DNA of 59,644 nucleotides, the filler included, from Catajapyx aquilonaris (lineage: Eukaryota), in the NCBI GenBank assembly GCA_000934665.2. It is 2 parts of 2 records of this genome, joined end to end, with 100 filler letters (N's around TTAATTAATTAA, not from the genome) between each part and the next. Parts side by side here need not be neighbours in the genome. Positions count along the whole stretch, not along the records: positions 1 to 29,876 come from JYFJ02004753.1; positions 29,977 to 59,644 come from KZ539210.1. One strand, given 5' to 3'. Shown here in pieces: positions 25,195 through 36,492 of this stretch. The notes beneath the pieces were generated by a model. It was not told where the DNA came from, made no database searches, and saw only the letters and a list, made by a program, of their open reading frames with translations. Position numbers and translations under genes: made by a program. Each line of letters begins with the position of its first letter. Position 1 is the first letter of the stretch.

Positions 25195-26305
25195 TCAGAC
25201 GTAGCAGATGTCTTCAAATGTTTCTTGGGCGCACTCGAGGACCACACGAGACTTTTTGCAGGCCTCCAGGTTGGAACTGGACACCATTGCTGCAATAGAG
25301 TGGACAGTACAAGGCAAGATATACTAATACCTCCACAACAATAATTAAAAAATACGGTACTACAGTATTTTTCACCAGCTCAGAAAGTGGAATGTACAGA
25401 GGTCTGTCTCACCTGTAACTGCGCACATGTCGATCAGGGAGGAGTAGAAGGCGTTTGTTTCTGGGTACTTCTTGACCGGTATTAGCAAGTCGGCGTACTT
25501 CTTTCCCACTGGAAATCCGTCGCTGTCCAGCTGACAATAATTAATGATTATATTGAATCATCACACTCACTCACAGGGTCAATATATTTAGGTCTACACT
25601 TGGGTTTCCCCATCTCGAACTATCAATGTCAGAAAATAACTCGTGCCCATAAAAGAACGGTCTAACTTTCTCACGGTGTATATGTATTACAGGATATTCT
25701 ATGATTGTATAAGGAATCGCTTGTACTGTACTTACTATTCCGAGTCTGTCCAAGGCGCATTTCTCCAAGGAGCACTGGAAACGATAAGGAAATATCAATA
25801 ATTACATATAGGTGTACTTCAATCTATGCAGCATACAAATTGCTTATAAGTAATGTTGTGTGTAGGGCATGTCACGCAGCCTTATTAGTTGCACATGACA
25901 TGTTACTTGCTTTGCAGAATACTTATTATTTACATTGTGCTATAGGCCATGCATTTCAGGAAGACGTATCGTTGTAAAGGATGCGCACGTGTTTAACTGC
26001 ATGCATTTTTTTTTTTTTAAAAAAAAAGGTATATACCCTGTCGATGTTGTGCTGCACTTTCGTCTGGACGCTGCATGCCTCGAAGGCTCCGGGCATGTGC
26101 TTGGCCAGGGCGTCGTTCTTGTCCGGCAGACGACAATGCTTGGGCTGAATATATTGTAATGGTCAATGCCGAAGAATTGATTCTGGCATGCAAAATCCAT
26201 CAGAGGAAATCAATGCGTATATACCAGTTTGGGAACCCCCAGCGAAGGATTGGCGGTCATCACCAGTAACACGATCATCACAGCTGATGATGCTGCGTAG
26301 TTCAT
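25195..26305 (-). CDS. Secreted 8-Cys OBP-like protein B, 146 aa (exons 26305-26225, 26144-26037, 25774-25736, 25530-25413, 25289-25195)
   Basis: MNYAASSAVMIVLLVMTANPSLG signal; PKHCRLP..FEAC..RCSLEKCALDRLGILDSDGFP..YPETNAFYSSLIDMC..ACKKSRVVLECAQETFEDICYV; all GT-AG; exon 4 is 118 nt as in the paralogs. Confidence 0.82.
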
Positions 26306-27174
26306 CTTCGGCTTATGCTGGTGATGCTGGATTATTATGCCCTGAAACTTACTTAGATGGACTATACTGAAGGCCTTGCATTAATTATTAATTATAGAGC
26401 TCCCATAAAAGAGCAAACAAATAGGAATTGCCGGGTAATAAAATGGTCGGCTGATATGATCTCAAGTACTATAATCTCGAGGAGATCTCTGATGTGAGGG
26501 ATGAAATTTGTTAATAACCTTACCTTTGCGAATAAGGATGAAAGGTGTAGACGACAACAGTCGACGTTGATAATAATATTATACAATGAGTGGTGACAAG
26601 TGTATGTGTCTTATTCCGACCCGCAGCAGAAGTTGACCCTGACAGAGATATTATAACTGACCAGCAAGCACTGGTGCCCAGTGAATGAGTCTAGAGGACT
26701 CCTTTTATCGCGTGCCAATTATTGTTCGTTATCTTGTTGTTGGTTGGTTGGTTTGTGCCGCGGGGCCAATTGCCAGTAGGCCAAATCGGCGCTTCCTCTA
26801 TACACACACACGTGATGCTGATGTAATAATCCGGCAGAAGATATAGGCAAAAGAGCATCAGCAGGAAAGATGACTTCCTTCCATTGTTGATTGCGCCTTA
26901 TCATATTGGCAGCAAGGTTCTCCCCCTCATTATTTTTTCCTGCTTTGCCTATTATTGCCTCTCGCTGTAACGAGAACATACAGTCGCAACACCGGTTTTA
27001 ATTTGCACCTATGCGTGGAGAGATTCTAACTCAATAATTGTGACAAAACCGTTCGCCTTGCGATACAATCTGACAACAAATCAATCGCCATATGAATTTT
27101 ATTTAAAAATCGACAGCAGCTGTTATTTAGCTCAGAAGTTGGAGGTTTGTCCCCAACACCGACAATGTTGCCGA

Positions 27175-28080
27175 TTATTTCTTGTAGCATTCCTGGAATC
27201 GTAATTGGCATTAGAGTGTTTTTTAATGCATATTTCTGCGTTAATAACTCACACTGAGGAATTGTTGCGCGGCGCACTCCAAAATCTTGATTGGTTTGGA
27301 GCATTCCTCGTCCTCTCCGTACCAATCGCCGTTGCTTCTTGTGCTTTGATTTGCTGGAAAAAATGATACCGGCCATAGTCACGATGCCAAGTCTATAACA
27401 ATGAATCGAAGTAATCACCTTCCTGTGTACAGTTGTCGACTATTTGCGAGAAGAAGTGGTTGGTCTCCGGGTACAGGTCGGGAGGCAAGTAAATGTCTGC
27501 AAATCTCTGTCCGATTGGGTATCCTCCCTCGTCCAACTATATATTTCAGTGCGGAAAACATGCAAAATGTTACACAAGGACTGAGGATTACTCATGATTG
27601 GTAAGAATCATGTGCATAATATCAATCGAGGCTGATATATGCGACGTTATTCTTACCAGGCCAAGTTTATTGAAAGCGCAGATCAGCACACACTGAAATA
27701 AACACAAATTGAGAGCTGCATGTGTATATACTAAGTGAGCAATGTCTGCATACATTCAGCGCAATTGTGTCTGCAATTTACTTATACCTGAGGATTGGTG
27801 TCTGGATTGTCTGGGGTCATCATCTGGTTCTTGCAGTTTTGGTAGTGAGGATTGAGGACATTGTTCTCCAGGTCTTTCTCCGGGTGGCGGCAGTGAATCT
27901 CCTTATCATTAGAGGCGTCATTACAATGCATCAGCAGGGGTTATTTTGTACCAAATCCAGAGTTGAACTTACTTGTGAGTGAGTGAGCGCGCAGCAGATC
28001 ATCAGAAAGGTGAGCCAGCGGATCCAATGACGGGTCGTGAAGGAGAGATTCTTCACTGCAGAAGTGTTGCAATGGCCCAT
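27175..28080 (-). CDS. Secreted 8-Cys OBP-like protein C, about 164 aa (exons 28080-27973, 27901-27788, 27692-27657, 27536-27419, 27353-27253, 27192-27175)
   Basis: Hydrophobic WIRWLTFLMICCALTHS; EIHCRHP..YQNC..QCVLICAFNKLGLLDEGGYP..YPETNHFFSQIVDNC..ECSKPIKILECAAQQFLSECYKK; same intron phases as paralog A. Start codon less certain. Confidence 0.8.
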
Positions 28081-29179
28081 TTCTCTGCACAGGAGCACCT
28101 TATTAATGCCGTCTCTGTTGTGCTTGTAATGATGTGCGGCAATCGCGACAGACGGATGAGTATGCCGCTCAATGAAAGGCAGATATGTAATTCCCGATAT
28201 TGCACCACCCGGATGCCGCTCGCCGCTGTAAACAAGCATGCTGCGTACGAATGACCACGCAATGTTTGACGCAATTAGGCATGTCCTCCGTCGCAATCAC
28301 CTAACCTAACCTACCGGACTCACAAGTCAGTTTGAATTTTGATGCCAGCTATTTCATATTAGTTCGATAGCAACTGGTTCAGTTTGGATGGAACAGCAGC
28401 TACGTTTTTAAAAAAAGGTGTTGGCCAGCACGTGGCGCCTCGTAGTGACCGGTTGACTCACTTACACTCGCACCACCTGACCGAGAGAGGGCAAACCTCC
28501 GCTAGTGCGGACTTGCGCCCGCTAGAGTGCAGGTGGCTGAAGCCGATAGTGCCACCTGGCGACTCACTCAGAACTACATGGTCAGTCCAATTGGCAGAGC
28601 TCTCTGGCGGCCACCTCCTCAACTCGGTCCCCACACTCAGAAGGCGCTCATTCAAACAGAATACATATCGCAATGTGTAGTACCGTCTCCAAATATTATT
28701 AACGCGATGACAAGAGGAAGTAACTGCTAATTAAATACCGTCCCCTACTGTACAATCAAATTCCCCGAGCATATCTCAACTACACACGGGGCTAACAAAG
28801 GTTTTTGTTTAATAACCTTTAGGAGGTCACCAATAAAGGATATCACGAAATATAATCAGCACAACCGTCTGCCGTCACGTTTACCGTAACAGTGTATTAT
28901 ATTGCGAAATATGCGCATTTTGACCAAAATGTGCAAGATTGGAGATTATTATTTTTTGAAAGTGACTGTATGCATTACATAACAAGTGCATTATTCCAAA
29001 CGATTCCAAAAGCATGAGTTTAAAATGTCATATTGGTTTTCAGAACGGTTCAGGACATAGCCGCATGACTGTATACTCATTGAAAGCAATGGAACCAACG
29101 CCAGAGAGACAATCTGATCGAACTACTTTATCGATCTACTGTATCTACTGATCGAACTACTGTATTGAATACAGTAGTT

Positions 29180-29615
29180 CGAGTACTTGGACTTGCCCCC
29201 GCCAGATGGACATATCTTCCCGTACTTGGGCTTGCTCCCGCCAGATAGACATCTCTTCTCGTACTTGGAATTGCTCCCGCCAGATGGACATATCCTCGCG
29301 TACTTGGACTTGCCGCCGCCAGATGGCCATAGCAGTCCTCTAGTGCGACTTGCCTCCGCCAGATGGACATCTCTTCTCGTACTTGGAATTGCTCCCGCCA
29401 GATGGACATATCATCGCGTACTTGGACTTGCCGCCGCCAGATGGCCATAGCAGTCCTCTAGTGCGACTTGCCTCCGCCAGATAGACATCTCTTCTCGTAC
29501 TTGGAATTGCTCCCGCCAGATGGACATATCATCGCGTACTTGGACTTGCCGCCGCCAGATGGCCATAGCAGTCCTCTAGTGCGACTTGCCTCCGCCAGAT
29601 GGACATCTCTTCTCG
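29180..29615. repeat. Minisatellite of about 40-bp units with higher-order structure (CGTACTTGGA.TTGC..CCGCCAGATGGACAT)
   Basis: About ten degenerate units; a 3-unit block containing GGCCATAGCAGTCCTCTAGTGCGAC recurs about every 119 bp. Confidence 0.9.
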
Positions 29616-29877
29616 CAAGGCTTATTTTAACCAGGTTCCGTCATCTAATGTAATTCGTCTGGCACGCTTCCGTTGCATGCCGCTCGAGGCGCTGATGCCA
29701 GCCGCGGGGGGAAACTGCCGCTCACCGCTATGCATATGCTTACGTTTTCATTTAATATTTGCATGCAAAAAATGTATAGGTTGAATCCGGATATAACATC
29801 CTCGGCTACAACCGATCCTTGGTTATAGCAGACTGGTCCCGCCATACTCACGTACTCTATGGCCTGTGTATTTATAN

Positions 29878-29976
29878 NNNNNNNNNNNNNNNNNNNNNNN
29901 NNNNNNNNNNNNNNNNNNNNTTAATTAATTAANNNNNNNNNNNNNNNNNNNNNNNNNNNNNNNNNNNNNNNNNNNN
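29878..29976. other. Assembly linker: N-run, TTAATTAATTAA, N-run
   Basis: TTAATTAATTAA (29921-29932) gives stops in all six frames and is flanked by Ns, as in artificial contig spacers. Confidence 0.85.
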
Positions 29977-30534
29977 ACGTGTGCATTTCATCACTAACGG
30001 ATGTTTTGCAGCATGCAATGCAATTGATTTGATTCCGCAGGAACGGGGGAGAAAAAAGGACCAGTTTCATTCTGCAAGGAAGGAATACCGGACATGAATT
30101 GCTTTTCGACGCCGTCCGAAGGCCAAAATATCGGCCCGAAAATTCCGCGATGGGTACGGTTGCAATAAGCGCACTACGGAGAGTCTTTTCCGTAGTGGGA
30201 CCAGTGAACGTCGGATGCACTGTTCGCCAGATAAAAAATCGAATGTGGGCTGATGCACCCAAATAACGTATGCATTTGCCTATGTCCCGGGTCGGTGAAG
30301 CCGACGGTCTACGTCACTCCCCCCCCGTGGCTTTCTTGGAAGGGGTGGGCTCAGAGATTAGCCCTTTTGGGCGGGTGGAAAACAGGTCTCGTGAACCCTC
30401 CATATACTGTGCTTGGATGACTCAAGGCTCCGTGTGGCTGATGGGCAGGAGGTCCATTATCTCTGCAAACATGGGCAAGCTGTTTTCAAAGAAATACTGA
30501 AGCTCCTTTTTACTCAGGCCCAACAATAATGATC

Positions 30535-31036
30535 CGTTGAGCAATCGATTGTGCAGATTCCGGGAATAATCCGGGAAGAGATCCAGTCCGGATGGAATCA
30601 CTTGTCCTCTTCCGGGGTCGAACCATCCCCTCGTGACCACCCCGGGATGACCCCCCTTGCGAAAGTGGCAGTTGGAGAGCAGCCTGGCCATCCCTGGATG
30701 ACCTCCCTGGACCCCTGAGGAGGTGTCCACCCCCGCCAGGAAGAGGAACCTCTCCGTGACCCCGTGCAGCATGACCTCCTCCAGCCCCCTCCCACCCCCC
30801 TCGCTGACCCACACCACGAACTTGTCCCTTCCCGTCTGGATGGAGACCAGTCTGGCCACCTGCTCCACCAGTGACCTCGGGTCATGGTGGTGGTCGGATG
30901 ATGATGGTGACCCGAAGAGCAAGAGCAGGTACACCGCGCACTTGTGCTCCACCGCACCAGGTCTGTGCAACCAAGAGAACCAGTACTCGAACTGACCTGA
31001 GTTGACCTGGTGTGACCCCCTCTTCTGCCGGGTCAC
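30535..31036 (-). pseudogene. Possible fragment of a divergent ionotropic receptor N-terminal region
   Basis: Coding-like ORF ending GWFDP..DLFPDYSRNLHNRLL, resembling the LFPD..NLHG entry into IR S1; no LBD or TM follows, and a repeat abuts the 5' side. Confidence 0.4.
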
Positions 31037-31865
31037 GGTTCACTTCCAGCCTGACCCACGTGGGAAATGAAACACCTGCTGCGTTTTGAAGGGGCGCACT
31101 ATGAATCCGAGGTGTGACAAATCTCTGGCCAAGTGCCCGGAACGCCTGAAGGCTTTTCGCCAATTTATGTCCTCTTAAAAGGGAAGAAATTCCCCGTTCC
31201 TCTCCCCTCCTCATGTCAATGTCATACCATGTCGTAAGTTAGTAACATTAAAATAGCATAAAATAAAGCCAGCTCCGTTTGGGTCAGACATTTCGGTGCA
31301 AGTAAACCAATTCTGAGTGATTTGGAGAACGTCTGAAGTGGCTAATTTGTGTGTACAGGAAGGGCTGCATATGGTCATCGACAAGCTGTCATGTCGCCAT
31401 ATGATTTTCCTTTTGAGAATATGGGCATGTGTCCCCCGCATCATCAATGGGAACCCCACTAATTTGGATCAACTAGGTTACGAAGCCATAACTATATACA
31501 GTAGGCTAATACTGACCCCGTTTTGCCTTCTCCAGAGACTTGTGCGTTTAGGCACACGTGGACTTGGAGGGCCACGTGCTCTTCGCCGGTGCCGGTGTTG
31601 TGATTCACCCGGCTTGTGAAATATTGATCAGGCAGATATTGATCTCACGGCCGGGAATGCAAAGCGCGGGATAGCTTGAATCTGCCCTCAGAAGTGAAGA
31701 AATACGAGCGCAAGGTGCAACATGCTAATTAAACTAAAAATATCGGCCAGATCCATCATCTGCGACAGTTAGTCACAGATGATGGTTCTGGGTTTTTGTA
31801 AAGCTGCGTGAAAATGATGCGTAAGAAATAATTTGAATGGGAAGAGAAGAAATTGCAATAATAAA
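31037..31865 (+). repeat. Dispersed repeat family, copy 1 (others about 51811-52317 + and about 58400-59322 -)
   Basis: Shared blocks such as GGCCACGTGCTCTTCGCCGGTG and GCGCGGGATAGCTTGAATCTGCCCTC at all three loci. Confidence 0.85.
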
Positions 31866-32241
31866 ATTCTAGGAAAATGGGCGCAAGCAGACGTAACTGG
31901 TGCGAAGATCGAGTCTTCAAGACCACCAATTATTGTCTTGGTGTGTACAAAATGCAACCGGAAAAATATGCGGACAAATAATTTCCGACCTGCAGAAGCA
32001 AACTCCAAGTCGTTGGCATCATCAAAAGGAGCTATCTCTGTGACAGTTTGACCCCGGCCCTCTCTGCTGACCTCTTAGTCGTTCAGCGGGGGAAAACCTA
32101 TATTATCGCCCCTTCCTCTGATAATATTCGCCAACTTTGTATGTATAAGGTCAGCAACGTTATGCGCATCTCATTTGTCAGATCACTGTGCCTACTCAAT
32201 CTAATGTGAAAAGGTGAATTCAGACTAAGCGCATCGGCGTA

Positions 32242-33574
32242 ATGAGGCCAGCATTGTTGTCACACGCATTCCTTCCCTGGCTGCTGATTGGCTGTTGCTG
32301 GGCAAGCAGTGATTCTAATGTCGCATGGAACAATCGGGTGCAAGGAGAAGGGCGGGGCAAGGAGTCGGAAGGTCAGTACCTTGTATACGGTATGTGAATA
32401 TGAGAGATTGAAAATCAGCGACCAATGCTGCAAAAAAAACACCCCGCATTCGTCTCTTCCAGCAGGAGGAATCCGGGATAAAATGGCAGGAATGAAGCAT
32501 GTCATGCTTTCCGAATTTGAGGTATTCTATAGCATCGGCAGCAAGTGTGAACCAGTCGCAAATTCCGACCTCTTTTCCTCAGGGGGTCAAGCACCACATG
32601 GATGTCCTGGAGGACAGGATGACCCGTAAGTTGGAAGAGTCACTGTGCGAGAAGCGACTGGCCGGACTGGAGTCTGAGCTGGTCCAGATGAGCGACCGGA
32701 TGAAACTCATGGAACTCAACTTGGCGCTGAAACTGGACGCGATTGCAAACGCGACCGGAGGAACGTCCGTGGCGACGGAAAATGCACGTGATTGCTCGGA
32801 GGTTCAGTCTCAAGGTAACAGAAAAAGCGGTGTTTACGCGGTGATCATCGGAGGAAAACAGGTTCAGGTGGGTGACATTCGCTGCGTGTCTACGATGTCT
32901 CGTGGGGCATCACAATTTCGCGTGTACATAACAGGTGTACTGCGACCTGGAGACGGACAGGGGTGGATGGACCGTGTTTCAGCGCAGGGACGACGTGTCT
33001 CCTCAGGAGGATTTCACCAGAGGATGGAAGGAGTACCAGACAGGATTCGGAGACTTGTGGAAGGAGTTCTGGTTGGGTGAGTTGCCCCCACATTGTCAGA
33101 GTGGGCTCATAAGTGGGCAACTATTGTTATTATTAACTGGCAGGATTGGACAACATCCACCTGCTGACCATTTCGGCCCACGTCCGCCTCCGAATCGACA
33201 TGGAGGACTTTGACGGTGAAAAGGCGTACGCAGAGTACGACCGGTTCAGGATCGAGGGCGAGAGTGACAAGTACCGGCTGTTCCTCGCCGGGCACACCGG
33301 ACGGGGAGGTGCAGGAGACTCGTTGGCTCAGTACCACTCCGGTATGGCCTTCACCACCTGGGACCAGGACAACGACAAGAAGGACAACCTCAACTGCGGG
33401 CAGACCTTCTCAGGAGCCTGGTGGTACAGGTACTGCCACGTATCCAACCTGAACGGACTCTACCTGAGGGGGGAGACGGAGAGGCAGGACGAAGGGGTCA
33501 CCTGGGACGCCTGGAAGGGGGCCTCCTACTCACTCAAGAAGGTCGAGATGAAGGTCAGGCCGAAAGTCTGGTAG
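32242..33574 (+). CDS. Secreted fibrinogen-related (FReD) protein 1
   Basis: Signal peptide, coiled-coil, then [65 protein letters not shown]. Confidence 0.92.
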
Positions 33575-34887
33575 ATCCAAATTGTCGCCACTATACAGAA
33601 AAGGAGCAGTGGTCAACTCCTTCCTGACAATAAAGGTGGTACAGACGCCTCCAGTAATGCTGGGGAAGGGATAAAAAATATGTCTCAGTAAGGGACAAAG
33701 CGCCAATGCAGGTTAATAAGACAGGATGTGCAATGTGAATGTTTAGAACAGTACAAACGAAGATTTCGGCTTCGTGTGAGTTGATGCAACTGGTTATTAC
33801 TGCTGTAAAACAGCTTTGAGAAGGCCACTGATTTCTTACAGGATTCATTATGCACGTGGATAAGGAGATACCGGATCACAAACTGTATGAACCGTTGTTA
33901 GCAATAATCATCTCACATATAACTTGCATCCTCTCCCATACATTTTGTCAGTTCCTCAATAAAAATGCATATGCATGCAGTTCCTTTCCGTAGTTTTATT
34001 TCCTTAAGAGAGCAATATTACTAGGCCAGCCTCACGACATCGACCATCTATCACCGTCACTTGTAGAGAGTAGCCCTATAATACAAGTATACAATACTAT
34101 AAGTATAAACAAGTTCACACCCATAGCATATTCACAAGTATACATACTAATGGAACAATTTTTGGCCTTCTGCAATTACAAGATTGTCTGAAATAATATA
34201 CCGGTATGAGCCTTGGTGAAATGGTCGACCTCAACAAGCATTTCTACATGTAGTTTGATCAGAGTGGCAATTTCACTCGATAATAGCTAGTTCATTGACT
34301 GATTGAGCTACAGACTTATGACTAACAAGACAGTGTTGTTGGTCCTGTCGAAGGCCATGCACATGATTCCAGCTACCGAGACCTATAGTTAATTCCAATG
34401 GAAATAAACCTTTGATTATGGTCAGAATATTTTAAGAAGTTGCAACCCAGTCGCGACTGCAGACATGACCTTGGAAATGCAAGTGTTACGATATTTTTTT
34501 GCGGGTCATCTTTTTTGCCACGGTATGCCCTTCATTTACAGCAAATATTATGAGCAGTTCGGAACAAGTTGTAAAAGTATGCGAAAAAATATTATTGCAA
34601 CAACTCCAGTTCCCCACAAGTCGGTCCATAATATTATTAGATGAAGCCAATGGAATTTACTGCGCAGAACGTGTCAAATGATCACTTACATCATAAGGGT
34701 CAAGGACTCGGGAGGTTTAGAAGTAGTTAGTCTTCCAATTCAAAGGGTGAAGTTGGAGGAAAAGCCAGTTCTCAGACCCTGCCAATTAAATTACACAGGG
34801 CGAATGCAAGGGTGTCAGAGGTCATTGTCGCATGCAGCTAACTTCATGCGCCTCGCGCACATAATTTGTTCCAGAATTTCATCCGAG

Positions 34888-36492
34888 ATGAACGTACCAC
34901 TCGCTTTGCCAGCGGTTTTGTGCTTTTTGGTGTGTGGCACATTGGGACGAAGTGACACATTTTCTGACACCAATCAACCCGCCGAAAACATCGCCCATGA
35001 TGGTCAGCCGGTGAAGCAAAAAATTACGGAGGAAAAGCTGCTGGAAAGGGCCGTCGCATCTGTGGTTCAAGCCATGAGGGAAGAATTCGTTCGAACCAGT
35101 AAGTATAACGAGAGTAGATTTTGCTCGGAGGAACATTTTCAGTTAATAATTTTACTCTCTTACGTATAGCAGGAGAACTTAGAGAAGAAATGAGCGCGTT
35201 AAGATCTACCATGGAAGCTAGAGTTCAGGTGAATAGTAAATTGAGCAGGGAGAGTTTATTAAATAATGTAATAAAAAACTCACTTCATGTATAGCTATTG
35301 TTTTTCAGGAGGCTGAAGATAAAATTACGAGCGAATTAAAAAGAGCTATGGAGACAGTTACGTTATCTTGTGACAATGAGATTAACACTACACTGCCCGT
35401 GGGTGAGTATCTTTTGATTACATTAAAAATATATCAGGTCATCTGCATACAACTATAATCATGCATTTAGAAAACGCTCAAAAATTGTAGCATCTTTACA
35501 ATCACTAAGAAAAGGAGCAAAGAAAACTTGACCTTATACAAACTGACGGACGTTAAGCTGACATTTTAGAAAGAGTGATGTACATATCTTTCCTAAAATC
35601 TCTAAACGTCATTAGAAAAGACTGATCATTACATTTCCATTTTCGTTCACTGTATACCCATGTTGTAACGTGAAGAGATTTACTTCCTGACAGATCCTGG
35701 TATACTATCAGTGTCCAGCTGCGCCGATGTCCAGAGAAGAGGCCACGTCAAAAGCGGCGTCTACACACTGACCGTTTCGGACACTCCGGTCCAGGTGAGG
35801 CCGCATGTTTTGTGTGGTCGAATTGAGACACGATTGAAGTTCTCCGTGCATGACAGGTGTACTGCGACCTTGAGACAGACGGCGGAGGATGGACCGTGTT
35901 CCAAAAGAGAGATGACATCACACCTCGAGTCGAATTTAACCGGAATTGGAGCGATTACAAGAAAGGGTTTGGGGATGCCCAAGGAGAATTCTGGCTTGGT
36001 GAGTCGCATGCTCCTCTCGACATGATGGTGTCCTCATTTCTTATCAAATTGATCTCGAGCAGGACTGGACCACATACATTGACCTCCTCGATCCCTGTCG
36101 TGCTCCGAGTAGACCTGGAGGACTGGGGAGGAGAGAAGGCGTACGCACTGTACGACACCTTTCGAATAGGAAACGAGGATGACAAGTACCGTCTCCACAT
36201 ATCGGGGCACGACCTAGGGCGAGGTGATGCTGGAGACTCGCTGATGCGATACCACAACGGGATGCAATTCTCGACCAAGGACAGGGACAACGATGCTGCA
36301 TCAGACAGCTGCTCGGTGTCCAGCTCTGCTGCATGGTGGTACAAAAGCTGCCACGAATCAAGCCTGAACGGGGTCAACGACAGGGAAAGAAGCAGGAACT
36401 TGTACGACCAGGGAATCACCTGGGATTCGTGGAAGGGGATCAGATATTCTCTCAAAAAGTCGCAGATGAAGATCAGGCCCGGAAGCTGGTAG
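34888..36492 (+). pseudogene. Fibrinogen-related protein 2 with an apparent frameshift near 36075
   Basis: Signal peptide and full FBG motifs, but splicing 35999-36062 gives GLDHIH-TGA; the domain continues in another frame. Confidence 0.7.

Noticed and set aside
29180..29615. CRISPR-like periodic array
   Set aside because: Units are contiguous degenerate copies with no unique spacers, there are no cas genes, and the context is eukaryotic; it is a minisatellite.
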